A DNA stretch of 64,000 nt, from NCBI RefSeq assembly GCF_018350175.1, contig NC_058370.1, forward strand, positions 132,122,001-132,186,000, given 5' to 3'. The notes under the pieces were generated by a model. That model made no database searches. It worked only from the letters and a program-made list of their open reading frames with translations, and was not told the origin of the DNA. Below are positions 12,510 to 25,258 of this stretch, piece by piece. Position 1 is the first letter of the stretch. Each line of letters starts with the position of its first letter. The stretch comes from Felis catus (Eukaryota). The translations under genes were made by a program, and so were the position numbers.

Positions 12510-15163
12510 GTATGCCTGTTTCCTAAGAGGGTTTTTCTGCAGCATTTTCCTAAGAATGGATTCTGTAGTCAACTCTTGATTTTGAGAAATATTTTTTTAT
12601 ATTTTATTGTCAAATATTGAGAACTGGAAAGAAAAACATTAGGGAAGCTTTACATACATATCATTTTTTCTCTTTATGGCAACGATCATTTCTAAGATGT
12701 AAGTCCTAAATACTGAATTATTCAACCAAATGTAAGGATCAGAGAGAAATGAATATTTCAGTGATAGCAATAGTAACAGGCATAAAGAGCATGAGGTTCT
12801 AGACTTATCTTTTCAGATTTGGGGGGATTTGCTATTTTTGTAATATTTAGTTTGACATTTACCAGTTTGTATAACAAAATTGTTGCCAGTTTATGCAAAA
12901 TAAGTATTTTGGAAATAGTAGTTGACCTAACTAGAATACAAGCTCGTTGAATATTTTGAACTCTGTCATGATGAAGATACTAGCTAGATCTGGTCAAAGT
13001 CATCCACTACTAATGAATATAGGGTAAAATAACAGAGTTAACTTTTCCACAAACCAGCCTGTATCTTGGAATTGTCTTAGGATAATTTCTTGTTTTCCTA
13101 ACTGACTGTTCATAATTATGAAGGATTTGAAATTCCAAAGGAAATTAATAAAAGACTCTTGCGAAAGATTCATAGAACTCTTAAGCAGAAATTTTATTTT
13201 AAATTGAAGCATAACATTTATGAATAATTTGGAAAAAATAGCCTTTTAATTAATGAATGAAATTTAAATTGGAGCTTTCTCGGTTAAAATCAGTTCAGTT
13301 TAAGGCAGTAATTAAGGATGTTAAGAGATGAAATGAGTGCTTTATTTAGAAAAATCTAATTACAAGAGTGGAAATTAGTGGGCCATGTTTCCCTGTCAGG
13401 GGCCTGGAAGATAGAGTTGAATTTCTTTTGAGGTGTAATTCAAGTGCAGTCACATTGCATTTCTCGCATTTGTAATACACACGTGTGACCACCACTCAAA
13501 ACAAGTCATAGAATCTGTGTTTTCATCACCTACTCAGTAAGTTCACTTATGCCCCCTGTCTGTTCTCTGTGCCCACATTAGAGTGATTGTTTTTTTAAGT
13601 GAGTATATCTGTCCATGTGTTATCTCTGAACTGATAAAAATGAACCAATTCAGAGTAATAGTACCTACCATTTTTTTTTTCAAACTCCTTTTTAGAATAC
13701 TAACATGAGATGTATGGTGACTTTCATAGTTTATAGGAGTACACAAAATTTAAATGTTGCTGGTGCTCAGACCGGCTCTAAAAGCCTTTGGCTTTTCCAC
13801 TGCCATTCCGTAGCTTCCTTGATTAAGACTATGGCTTACTAATGAAAACTAGTCATGTGACCTTGTCTAGTTACTTAACCTTTTTTGTGCCTTGTTTCTT
13901 CTTAGACAGGTGTAAGAGTTTTAGGTTGTTTTGAAGACCCAAGTGCAATGACACGTGAAAATGCTTAGAAATATTAGCTGTTATTAGTAGAACGTGAAGA
14001 ATAGTTTCGTTTTTTCCACACTTTTGAAGGCAGTTCATTGAAAAGTGAAAATTCATAGGCTTAATTTTCCCTTATATAACTTTGTAATACGATAATTCAA
14101 TATCGAGCATTAGGTATGAAACAGCAGAGGAGCCCAATTGGATTTGAAAAGATTTTCTAATCAGTACATCAAAAGGTAATCCTTTAATGGTAATAACTGA
14201 CATTTAATATGAAATCACTTGTTTAGACATAAACTTTGCCTGTTCTTCACTTTTAAAAGCCTTTTCTGATTAATAAAACAAATTAAAAGTTCATTACAAA
14301 TCATTTAGAAAATTCAGGAAAGTATAAAGAAGTAAGTAAAGATTAACCACAATTTTACTAATCAGGATGCTATTTTGTATATTTTCTGAAATTTTTATAC
14401 CCTTTTTGCTTTTTTTCTTTGAAAATAATACTGTGAACATTCTCTTTAGGTCTTTTTAACATTGTCCTTAAATACTGAGCACTTATCAAATTCTTCTTGT
14501 ATGCCAACCAGCTATTAAGTGCCACACAGATAGTAACTAAGAATCTTCATAACATCCCTGTAAGGGACAACAGGTACTGGTATCATTCTACAGATGAGGA
14601 AATTGAGCCTCAGAGAGCTTAACTAACGTGCCCTTGTAAATAATTAGGATGTGTCAGAGACAGGGTTTAACCTTAGGAACTTTGGTCCCAGCGGCTTGTC
14701 CTTTGCCATTTCCCCAAAGCATAATTGTCCTTCTCTGCATAGTAATATGCTAATATGGAAAGAGCCATAGACGTCATAGAATCTACCCGGGATGTTTTAG
14801 GGTAAGAAAAGTGACACCAAGAGGCACAGGGCAGCAGGAAAATAAAATACGTCTTTATTAAAAAGATGTAAGCCTCTTTTAGAATCATAAGTGAAGGCAC
14901 AATTTTACTTCAGTTAGAATAGATGTAATATTGCAGAGTGGTCGATTTTTCTGGACACTGGAAATAAAACTCCTGATTTCTAAGCGTGAAACTGTTGACA
15001 TTTCAAACACATTAGGGAGAGTGATGAAAATATTAAATTGGAAATTAAAAAAAATGTTTTTAAGGCAGCATCATTTACAACAGTTTTCATAGCATGGTGT
15101 CACGTATTTGATATGCCTTTTTGGTATGTGAATGCACAACTCTGTCCATTTTTGTGGCAATAG

Positions 15164-15324
15164 AAATGGAGAAAAACCTCTCAGAGGAAAGGACGTTAAA
15201 GCAGAAGGTGGAAAACCTGTTGCTGGAAGCTGAGAAGAGATGCTCTATATTAGACTGTGACCTCAAACAGTCACAGCAGAAAATAAATGAACTCCTTAAG
15301 CAGAAGGATGTGCTAAATGAAGAT
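15164..15324 (+). CDS. ROCK2: ROCK2 exon 19 (EMEKNLSEERTLKQKVE...KDVLNED)
   Basis: aatag|AA...GAT|gtgagt. Confidence 0.96.
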
Positions 15325-15656
15325 GTGAGTATGAAGTTTACTAATAAGTAATAATAAACTGTGTAATGAATTCATAGTCCGCGTAGGTTTATCCATAATG
15401 TTGGTTTCATAATTAAAATTTTTTTCTTATAATCTGTAACCTTTAATTTTACTGAATTTGGATGATAGCTAAATGAATCATAATTTAAAATTTTAAGTTA
15501 TTTTTACCCTAAAGACCATATTTTATTTTAAAAAGTATGACAACAGAAATACAAAAAATATTTTACTGTGAAGTGAATTAGCTGCCTAAGGACAAAAATC
15601 TGTTTTGCATGATCATATTTGCTGCAAGCTTCATTGATAAGAAAAATCAAAATCAA

Positions 15657-15735
15657 GGGGTGCCTGGGTGGCTCAGTCGGCTAAGCGTCCGACTTCAGCT
15701 CAGGTCATGATCTTGTAGTTCATGATTTCTCATTT

Positions 15736-15781
<46 letters not shown>

Positions 15782-15830
15782 ACTCTCATTCTCTGTCTCT
15801 CTCAAAATAAATAAACATTAAAAAAATAAA
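15657..15830 (+). mobile_element. Internally deleted Can-SINE with (CACTCT)n microsatellite
   Basis: SINE head, hexamer array ~15735-15788, tail; near-TSD AAATCAAAATCAA/AAATCAAAGTCAA. Confidence 0.88.
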
Positions 15831-15881
15831 TCAAAGTCAAAGTAATTTATTTATATACCAAGTATACAATTTATTTTTTAG

Positions 15882-16066
15882 ATCAGAAACTTGACATTAA
15901 AAATAGAGCAAGAAACTCAAAAGCGCTGCCTTACACAAAATGACTTGAAGATGCAAACACAGCAAGTTAACACACTAAAAATGTCAGAAAAGCAGTTAAA
16001 ACAGGAGAATAATCATCTCATGGAAATGAAAATGAGCTTGGAAAAGCAGAATGCTGAACTTCGAAA
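15882..16066 (+). CDS. ROCK2: ROCK2 exon 20 (IRNLTLKIEQETQKRCL...EKQNAELRK)
   Basis: tttag|ATC...AA|gtaagt. Confidence 0.97.
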
Positions 16067-17976
16067 GTAAGTAAATTGTTTGAGACAAAGTTTTATTCAT
16101 ATATATGAGTATCCACATGTAAATTATCTTAATTTTGGTTTACCTGGGGGTTTTCTTTTGATCATTTTCTTGACCACATTTGCTCTCTTTTTCTGTTTAA
16201 GTAATGTGTTGAGTGCCGCTGTTATCCCTCAAGATTACATTTGCTTCCCCAACGATTTTTTTTTTACTACTTCTACCTATTGCCGCCTCTGTAAATGAAT
16301 AACCAAGTATCACCAGGCATTTGAGGAAAGTGTTCAGTACTAAAGAGAAAGACTGTGATAAAGAAAAAGGAAACGTACCCCCAGATGAGGAATATATTAA
16401 GGAAAGAAGAGGAAAGCACAAACAAATAAAAAAAGCCTATTAGTAATAATTAGTATTGATCAAAACTTCTAGGAGATAGTACTTCCGTTAAACAAGAAGC
16501 CGGCATAAAGCAAAAAAGGCAGCCAGAATGAGAACGAGCTGTTAAAGATGAAAAATGACCGCATATACATTTATTAGGATGGTTTAAAGAAAAATTCAAA
16601 GAAATTTCATCGACTGTGGAAGAAGAGGGCGTGACGTAGAAGGTGTGTGGCCCAGGGGTTCTAGCCCCAGACAGAGAAGTCTAGAGAAGGAAGGAAGAGG
16701 AGGAAGTTGTTAGAGAAATAATGGAAAACAGGTTTCCCGTGGCGGGAAGAGAAGTCGTCGGATTGAAAGGACTCAACCGAAAATAAGTGAAGACAAGACC
16801 CGCATTTGGACGTGTTCTCGTCAAATTTCAAAAACAAGAGAAAGGGTGGGTGGGAGTATTGCGGTTCGCATCCCGGACTGGGGAGGCTGTGGTTTGTGGT
16901 TGATGGAGCAGGAAGCGAGGCTTGGCCGTATGGCTGAGGCCAGTGATACGGCTGTGTTAGGAGAGCTGGGGAGAGGTGAGGGATAGGAACAGCTAACTCC
17001 CCACTCTGGCAGCAGGGAACTAGTAAAGAAGAGTTTAAATTTGTGTCAAGAAATAAGCTGAGATGTGGAGGTAGTTACCAAAAGAACAAAACAGAATTGA
17101 AACGAAGTGAATTCCTCCAGGGGAGTGAATTGAGGGTGTGAAGACGTGTGGAAAGAGAGACCGCTACCTTTCTGGCCGATTTTTTCTGTGCCATTCTGTA
17201 CTTTTTCACTGTAACCATGTACGTATAATGGGTTATTTTTTTGAAAAGTACTTGTCTTAAATACCTAATAAATGTTAGGTGTTTAAAGTTACACGTAAGT
17301 GGATGATGGCAGCTCTTCGAGGATATTAAAATTATACTGAGGTTTGCTGCAAATGGGCTTAGCCGATGATGATGAGATCATTCCAAAAATTGACCTTTTA
17401 TATAGTATTAATCAGCATCTTTCCCATTTTTGACTCAGAATAATTAGAATCCTCGCTTTTAATAGCAGGCACCTCGATAGTAAAATACAGATATAACACA
17501 TAAAGTGACAATGAGTGATAACTTTCTTTATGTGGAGGTTTTAAGAGCCAGTAAGTAAACAAAGTGACCAAATTATGTTAAATGAGAATAAGAGTAAAAG
17601 CCTTAAGTAACACACAGATGGAAAACAGTATGATTAAATCATTTGGTCTGAGTCTTTCTTGCTGTGTATATTTTTAAATATCTAGGTGGTATTTAAATGT
17701 CTTTTCCCTATAAAATACTCAGACTAAACAGTAAATGTTCCCCTTAATGAATGCAGATGTAGTTCATCTTGCCAGAAAGAATCTACTGTGATAGTTCGTT
17801 ATTTACTCTTCTGTATCTGTACAGTGTATGTAGGGTTGAGTTTTTTGTAGATTTTGGAGCGTTTTTGTTTTCTAAGTGTATCATATATGTGGTGTTCTTC
17901 TCCAATTTGCCTTTTTCCCCTTAGCTTAGACTTGGAATAATTGTGATCTTTATGTTTTCTTAGTAACCCTAGGATT

Positions 17977-18190
17977 GGGGGTGCCTGGGTGGCTCAGTCG
18001 ATTAAGCCTCCATCTTCGGCTCAAGTCATGATTTCACAGTTTGTGGGTTTCGAGCCCCACATTGGGTTTTCTCCTGTCAGCACAGAGCCCGCCTCAGGTC
18101 TCGCTCTCTCTCTGCCCCTCCCCTACTTGCACGTTCTCGCTCTCTCTCTCTCTCTCAGAAATAAATAAACATTAAAAAAAAAAAAAAAAC
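17977..18190 (+). mobile_element. Can-SINE
   Basis: Head GGGGGTGCCTGGGTGGCTCAG, CT linker, poly-A. Confidence 0.9.
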
Positions 18191-18396
18191 AACTCCAGAA
18201 TTTATTTCAACACAAGGCTCACTTTTTATTTTACGTATTTTTTATTTAATTTTATTTCTTTATTGAAGATATATGCATACATATATGTAATAATGCATAC
18301 AGAAAAAATACACAAATGATATGTAGAGCTTCGTGAATTTTTACAAAATGTACAGATCTGTGCAATTTAAACATCTACATTTAAACATAAAAGCTA

Positions 18397-18615
18397 GGGG
18401 CGCCTGGGTGGCTCAGTTGGATAAGCATCCAGCTTCGACTCATGTCGAACCCATGAACCATGGTTCATGGGTTCGAGTGTCTCGTCGAGCTCTGTGCTGA
18501 CAGCTCAGCCTGGATCTTGCTTCCGATTCTGTGTCTCCTCTTCTGTCTCTATCTGCCCCTCTCCTGCTGGTACTCTGTCTCTCTCTCTCAAAAACAAATA
18601 AACACTAAAAAAAAA
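18397..18615 (+). mobile_element. Can-SINE containing a 32-bp perfect palindrome; host of an antisense SINE in its tail
   Basis: SINE head at 18397; TAAACATAAAA flanks the composite at ~18382 and ~18884. Confidence 0.9.
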
Positions 18616-18633
18616 TTTTTTTTTTTTTTTATT

Positions 18634-18862
18634 TAAAAAAAAAAAATTTTTTTTTTTCAACGTTTATTTATTTTTGGGACAGAGAGAGACAGAGCATGAA
18701 CGGGGGAGGGGCAGAGAGAGAGGGAGACACAGAATCGGAAACAGGCTCCAGGCTCTGAGCCATCAGCCCAGAGCCTGACGCGGGGCTCGAACTCCCGGAC
18801 CGCGAGATCGTGACCTGGCTGAAGTCGGATGCTTAACCGACTGCGCCACCCAGGCGCCCCCC
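18634..18862 (-). mobile_element. Young-looking felid Can-SINE (SINEC_Fc-like), antisense
   Basis: Reverse complement GGGGCGCCTGGGTGGCGCAGTCGGTTAAGC...TTCAGCCAGGTCACGATCTCGCGG with CpGs largely intact. Confidence 0.93.
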
Positions 18863-19199
18863 AAATTTTTTTTTTTAATAAAATAAACATAAAAACCTGT
18901 GTGTCTTTCCTCCCCTCTGGCCCCTTCGCAGTTATTTCTTCACTCATCCTAAGATGACCAATTCTCAGGTCCTCTTTTAATTCTACTAGTTGGGCAGAAA
19001 TGGCTGATCACAGTGAACGTGTGAGAATATGTAATTTAGTATTACTGTTCTAATATATCACTATTTGGTCTCAGCACCCACTTACACTCTTAAAAATTAT
19101 GAAGGGCCCCCCAAGATTTTTGTTTATGTGAGTTATATCTCATGATATTTTTTGTGTTAGAAATCAAAACAGAGAAAATTTTATTTGTTTAATTTACTT

Positions 19200-19243
19200 A
19201 CTTTAAATGTTTGTTTATTTTGAGAGAGCGTGGGAGCACAAAT

Positions 19244-19295
<52 letters not shown>

Positions 19296-19407
19296 CCCAA
19301 GCAGACTTGTGCTATCGGCGCAGAGCCCGATGCAGGCTCGAATCCATGAACCATGAGATTGTGACCTGAGCTAAAACCAAGGATTCTATGCTCGACTGAC
19401 TGAGCCC
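19200..19407 (-). mobile_element. Can-SINE with (GA)n microsatellite, inside an older hAT-like relic (~19070-19660)
   Basis: TTTATTTTGAGAGAG...(GA)n...GAATCCCAAGCAG...ACCTGAGC; near-TSD GAGAAAATTTTA. Confidence 0.85.
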
Positions 19408-19710
19408 CAAAACTGAGAAAATTTTAAAACACAGGAGCATACAAACATATTTCATTAGCTGTTGGAATGATGACATCATATGTTATAGAACTTTAAAAAA
19501 AAGTCTATACTTGTGAGAGAATGAGAATTTGAAAAAAACAAAAAAACCCACCACACTGGTGATTAGTATTACGAAAATAATTTGACCTCTTGGGACTTCT
19601 TTTTTTTAAAGGCTCCAGGGATGCCCACTGGTTCCCTAGGCCACATTTCAAGAGTTGCTGGTTTAATATATAGGTAGCTTATTTGAACCTTTGCTTTAAT
19701 GTCCCCACAG

Positions 19711-19780
19711 AGAACGTCAAGATGCAGACGGGCAAATGAAGGAACTCCAAGATCAGCTTGAAGCAGAGCAGTACTTCTCA
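19711..19780 (+). CDS. ROCK2: ROCK2 exon 21 (ERQDADGQMKELQDQLEAEQYFS)
   Basis: cacag|A...TCA|gtaagt. Confidence 0.97.
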
Positions 19781-20258
19781 GTAAGTTCCGGATACGTTAG
19801 TTTGAAAATTGTCGTGTTTGTAGAATTAAAAATTTGCTGCAGAATGAGGAAAACGATTCTTGTCTTTAGGATAGATTCTTCTAGCAAACATCAGACAGAT
19901 TGGGATAGGATGTTTTGTACCACACAATTCATATAGAAAGAATAGCTGGGCAAATGACTGTTGATAGCTTAACAGAAATCTATTATCATTGCTAGAAAAA
20001 TGGTTCTAAGCACATCAGTGAAGTTGATTTAAAAAAACACTGCTTTTTGAGGAAGAATTTTCATGAAGAAATTGTCATTTTAATGTTTGCATTTTTTAAA
20101 TCAGTTTTAAAATATGAAGTAGTAATGTCACCTTTGTTTTATTTAAGCCAACAAAATTTCCTTGTCTAAATTAGTAGTATACTTCTTTGCCTCTTTATCC
20201 TACCAATCTGTGTCATTTAATGAGAAATTCTGATACCCAGTTGAAAAGCAAGCTTCTT

Positions 20259-20483
20259 GGGGCGCTCGGGTGTCTGAATCCATTGAGCGTCTGACTTTCG
20301 GCTCAGGTCACAATCTAACAGTGTGTGAGTTGAAGCCCCACTTTGGGCTCTCTGCTGTCAGCACAGAGCCTGCTTCAGATCCTGTCTCCCTTTCTCTCTG
20401 CCCCTCCCCCACCCTCTCACACGGGCCTGCGTGTGTGCGCGCTTTCTCTCCCCCCCCCCAAAATAAATAATTAATTAAAAAAA
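20259..20483 (+). mobile_element. Can-SINE
   Basis: Diverged head, CT linker, AATAAA tail. Confidence 0.85.
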
Positions 20484-20700
20484 ATTTAAATCCAGCTTCC
20501 AAGTTATTAGCAGAACTTGTATTAGTTACTTGGTAGATTACTAGAAAAGCCCATTAAACTATTAGTTTGCTCAGTGTTCAGGAACATATTTGTGTTCAGC
20601 TTGACTTTTTGTGTAGATAGACCTTGAATATAGAAATAATGTTCCTGCTGATGGTGATAATGGCGGTGACATGTTTCTTCTGTTCTGTTTTGCTGTTTAG

Positions 20701-20804
20701 ACTCTCTATAAAACACAGGTGAGAGAACTTAAAGAAGAATGTGAAGAAAAGACCAAACTTTGTAAAGAATTACAGCAGAAGAAACAGGAATTCGAGGACG
20801 AAAG
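20701..20804 (+). CDS. ROCK2: ROCK2 exon 22 (TLYKTQVRELKEECEEKTKLCKELQQKKQEFEDER)
   Basis: tttag|ACT...AG|gtacag. Confidence 0.96.
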
Positions 20805-20965
20805 GTACAGACCGAGATTCTTATCTCTTTTGTTGATAACTGGGTACTCAGCTCCTAGAACAGTACCTGCTGTGCCCTCAGTAAGAATTTGTCGATGAAG
20901 TGTATTAGAAACTTTGACTTCCTAGTGAAAATTGAACATTAAAATTATGTATCATTAAAATGTAG

Positions 20966-21152
20966 GGACTCCTTGGCTGCTCAACTGGAGATCACCTTGA
21001 CCAAAGCAGATTCTGAGCAGCTGGCTCGTTCAATTGCTGAAGAGCAATATTCTGATTTGGAAAAAGAGAAAATCATGAAAGAGCTTGAGATCAAAGAGAT
21101 GATGGCTAGACACAAACAGGAACTCACTGAAAAAGATGCTACAATTGCATCT
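20966..21152 (+). CDS. ROCK2: ROCK2 exon 23 (DSLAAQLEITLTKADSEQLARS...KDATIAS)
   Basis: tgtag|G...TCT|gtaagt. Confidence 0.97.
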
Positions 21153-22504
21153 GTAAGTAAAGTTTTTTAGTCCTTTTTTGATTTTAATTAAATTACTGTA
21201 TCACACATGTTACTTAGAAGTGCTAGGAAAGTACTGCAGACAGAAATGAAAAGTTGTGTATTCTGGCTTTGGGACGTTTTATCCAGTTATCCACTAGCTT
21301 CTCGGTGTCGTTTGGTAGAAAGAGGCTCAAAAAAAGAACTACTTGCAATGGCTCTGCCTGTTGGTATATTCGGAGTGAAAGGACTAAAGGGAAAGGGAAA
21401 AAGCCAAAGCAGAAAACAGTGTAAACCATTTTTTTCTTGCTAAACAAATCTTAGTTCAAAAGAATCTTGAAACTACCATGAAGGTAGTCATATGTAAGTT
21501 GAAAAAAAATTATAATGAGAATTTCAAGGAGACGGAAAACATCAAGTAGTTGAATTTGTTTTATCAGTTATCCGGGTCATTGAAATGGTACATTGATTAG
21601 AACGTGTGGCATTGGAGCCAGGGATGCTTATTCCCGTTCAGCGGAAATAAGTAGGGAGGCCAGAAGTAGACTCTCGCACGTAAAGACCTTGGTCTGTGAG
21701 AGCAGTGTGGACAGACACATTGGTGGGAAAAGATACAGATGCAATGAAAGGTTTGGGATGACTCTTTTGTGTGGGAAGGAATGAAGTTAGATCCTTACCT
21801 TTTACAACATAACAAGAATAAATTCTAGCTATCTTAAAGATCTAAAGATGAAAAAGAAAAACTTTAAACAGAACAAAATCCAGAACTTACTGTAGCAGAA
21901 GACCACAAACTGCAGGGAGAAGATACTTGTAATGTTTTTATTAAACGGGATTTGTATCTAGAACACATATGGCACTCTCGAGCTCAATGAGAAGAAGTTA
22001 AACAATCCAAGAGAAAAATTGGCCAAAAGAGAAAACCCTAAAAACATAAGCAGATGCTTAACCTAAATACTCTTTAAGAAAGGCTAGATAAAATAACTTT
22101 GAAATACCATTTCGTATTCATTACAAAGGCAGAATTCAGTATCTAATTTCAAGTGTTTGAAGGGTGTGTGGGAAATGACATTCTTATTTAAAGCTATGAG
22201 GAGTATAGATTTAGTATGGTATAGTATAGTGTATAATGTGGCAATTTAAATATTATTTATTCTAAATATGAAAAATTAAATATTCATATAATCCAAAGAA
22301 AGTTGATGTTAAGATAAATATGGTAGAGAAATTCAGGTACAATTTTTAGAGCAGCATAAATGTTTGTAATAGCAAGAAATTCAAATGTCTTAGCAGTCAG
22401 TCTTCTCAATAGATGAATGGATAAATGGTATGTGGTAGAAGATGGGACTGCTGTATCAGTTAAAATGATTTAATTAGATCTTTACATATCAACAGTTTAA
22501 TTCT

Positions 22505-22713
22505 TTTTTTAAGTTTACTTATTTGGAGAGAGAGAAAGTACACATGCTTGAGCAGAACAGAGTGGAGGGCAGAAAGAGAGAGAGAGAACCTCAAGCAGGC
22601 TCTGTGCTCTCGGCACAGAGCCCAACACAGGGCTCCATCCCACAAACCACAAGATCATGCCTGAGCCGAAGTCGAAGGTCGGATGTTTAAACTCTGAACC
22701 ACCCAGGCATCCC
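22505..22713 (-). mobile_element. Can-SINE inside an old L1 3' relic (~21560-23050)
   Basis: Antisense SINE; near-TSD CAACAGTTTAATTCTT/CAACAATTTAATTCTT. Confidence 0.85.
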
Positions 22714-23340
22714 AACAATTTAATTCTTAATATGATCTCCAGTGAAAGCATTTACAGAAAGATACAGTGTGATGCTGTTTATGGACAATTTAAAATCACA
22801 TAAAACCATGGTATATGTTATGTGTTTGTAATAAAAGGATATAATCATTGATGGGAAGGATGAGCATATCATTCACAATAAAATTTCTTTGGGGAAGGAA
22901 GAATAGGAATAGGATTTGGAGAGAATAAAAAAGGATGTCAGCTTCTTTGTAAAATTTTATTTCGTTTTAAAATGTCCTGGAGGAAATACTACAGTTAAAA
23001 ATTTGTTTATTCTGCATGATGAAATGCAGAGATCTGTTATAGTATTTGTTTGTTTTTAGTTTATTAAATGTTTTTCTCATTAAAAATACCGCTAAGGATT
23101 TTTGAGAGAAGGGCAATGTTTTTGCTTCCTGGGGTGCACATGAAGTCTGTCACAGTCAGTGAAGTTTTCACCAAGGGTGAATTTCGATAAGGTTCCACAA
23201 AGCCACGAAGCATAGATACAGATGTACTTAGAAAAATAAGAATTTTAGCAACATTCTAGGATACTTTCATTTTGAATTATTGCTTTATAATGTAGATTTT
23301 GTAAATTGTGATATGATTTTCTTTCCACTTTCGTTCTTAG

Positions 23341-23434
23341 CTTGAAGAAACTAACAGGACACTAACTAGTGATGTTGCCAATCTTGCAAATGAGAAAGAA
23401 GAATTAAATAACAAATTAAAAGATGCCCAAGAAC
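23341..23434 (+). CDS. ROCK2: ROCK2 exon 24 (LEETNRTLTSDVANLANEKEELNNKLKDAQE)
   Basis: cttag|CTT...C|gtatgt. Confidence 0.97.
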
Positions 23435-23536
23435 GTATGTATGAACAAAGAATAAGGTTTATATTTTAAATATGCCTAATGTTTTGTCAGTTGTTGTAAT
23501 TATTAATATAATTTTTTGCGTTTTTCCATATTTCAG

Positions 23537-23631
23537 AGCTATCACGGTTGAAAGATGAGGAGATAAGTGCAGCCGCTATTAAAGCACAATTTGAGAAGCA
23601 ACTATTAACAGAGAGAACACTGAAAACTCAA
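23537..23631 (+). CDS. ROCK2: ROCK2 exon 25 (QLSRLKDEEISAAAIKAQFEKQLLTERTLKTQ; Rho-binding region)
   Basis: ttcag|AG...CAA|gtatgt. Confidence 0.97.
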
Positions 23632-24382
23632 GTATGTGTAATAAAGTCTAAATATGATTTTGAATTCTTTCAGTTTCTTCTCTCTTTTACATTTTACTTC
23701 TAGCATTACAGATTGGCTGTAGCAGTCATTGAATGAATCAGTATTTGTGAACCAATCACAATTACCTGATTTTTGCCAGATTAGAAGAAGCTAGATGTGG
23801 TTATTAACTTTGTCCAATTCAGTGTTTACTTACGGTTTCCTTAATTTTTCCATATGGAATCACACTCCCTCCTAATTTTTTATTGTAATCTGGTAAGTGT
23901 TTCTGCTTTTAAGAAACTAGAGAGAGTAAACATTTGAGCATCCTTCTGCCAACATTTATGGTTGTACATGCTGCGTGAATCTTTGCGGGTCCCACATGCT
24001 TAGTTCTCTGGTTGAACAGACTGTATTTTATTAATGTGATGCCAGTGCAGCATTCTCTTCCTCCAGGATAAAAGTGGATCTGCCTCGTAAAAGTCTCTCT
24101 AGGAACTAAAAACTCGCAGTAATAGAAGGTGACATTAGAGCAAACCTGATGTACTTTAAACATTTTAAATTATATTCCTTAGAAAACATGAGCGTGAGAA
24201 ACAAATGTAGGTTGGAGAAGGGTAACGAGTAATGGAGCGTGTGTTACTTAATATAGACAGTGTTTCTCTGTCACCCTGTATGTATAGGGAAGGAGATTAT
24301 TAGTGGTCATATAACTTGCTCTTGGTGAGTTATCAAGAAGCATCGATGTATTTTATTACAAAGTTATGTTTATGTTTTTAAG

Positions 24383-24562
24383 GCTGTGAACAAGTTGGCC
24401 GAGATCATGAATCGAAAAGAACCTGTCAAGCGTGGTAGTGACACTGATGTGCGGAGAAAAGAGAAAGAGAATAGAAAGCTACACATGGAGCTTAAATCTG
24501 AACGTGAAAAACTGACCCAGCAGATGATCAAGTATCAGAAAGAACTGAATGAAATGCAGGCT
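24383..24562 (+). CDS. ROCK2: ROCK2 exon 26 (AVNKLAEIMNRKE...KELNEMQA)
   Basis: ttaag|GCT...GCT|gtaaga. Confidence 0.97.
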
Positions 24563-24741
24563 GTAAGAATACTTTCTGAACTCTAGATTGAAGGCTTCTT
24601 TTTAAGAAGAATTGTTTTCATGTCTGCACATATTTTATTGGTTATAGGACATTTCTGTTACTTCATAATTGTTAATTGCATTAAAGGAAATTATGAGGTA
24701 TATGGCATCAGATTAATTTGATGTAATTTANNNNNNNNNNN

Positions 24742-24910
24742 NNNNNNNNNNNNNNNNNNNNNNNNNNNNNNNNNNNNNNNNNNNNNNNNNNNNNNNNNNN
24801 NNNNNNNNNNNNNNNNNNNNNNNNNNNNNNNNNNNNNNNNNNNNNNNNNNNNNNNNNNNNNNNNNNNNNNNNNNNNNNNNNNNNNNNNNNNNNNNNNNNN
24901 NNNNNNNNNN
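24742..24910 (+). CDS. ROCK2: ROCK2 exon 27, inferred inside N-gap 24731-24910 (expected QIAEESQIR...DDGFP, 169 nt)
   Basis: Not visible. The expected segment is absent elsewhere, the gap is 180 nt and is followed directly by a donor-like GTATGG; flanking phases (0 then 1) fit a 169-nt exon. Confidence 0.75.
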
Positions 24911-25258
24911 GTATGGATTTCTTTTCAGCTCTTAGGCTATTTTTATTAAACGACTTCGTCTTAAAGATGAAGCAATTGATTGTTTTAAGCCCTGTGATTG
25001 ATTCTGCTCTTGAGAAAAATGTTTGTCATTTCTTTAAGAAAAGCCTACTCCTTGGAGTGGGGATTCAAATGACAGTTTAAACTTACAGTGTTTATTGATT
25101 TTTGACAAAAATGTTTGCGAAACAATGCAAAAGAAAATTCCACATATTTGCTTAAGTTAGCTCTTTATGTATTACAGGAAGCTCTCTTTCCAGGTTTTCA
25201 TTTTATTTTCTCTTAACTTCTTTCTGCATTCTTACTTCCTCTCATGCTGGATGTTTAG

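Noticed and set aside
23435-23536. Other short 3n introns (102 nt here, 87 nt at 30224-30310) as retained coding introns
   Set aside because: Both contain in-frame stop codons
24731-24910. Apparent loss of ROCK2 exon 27 / pseudogenisation
   Set aside because: The exon fits the N-gap and all visible exons are intact and in phase
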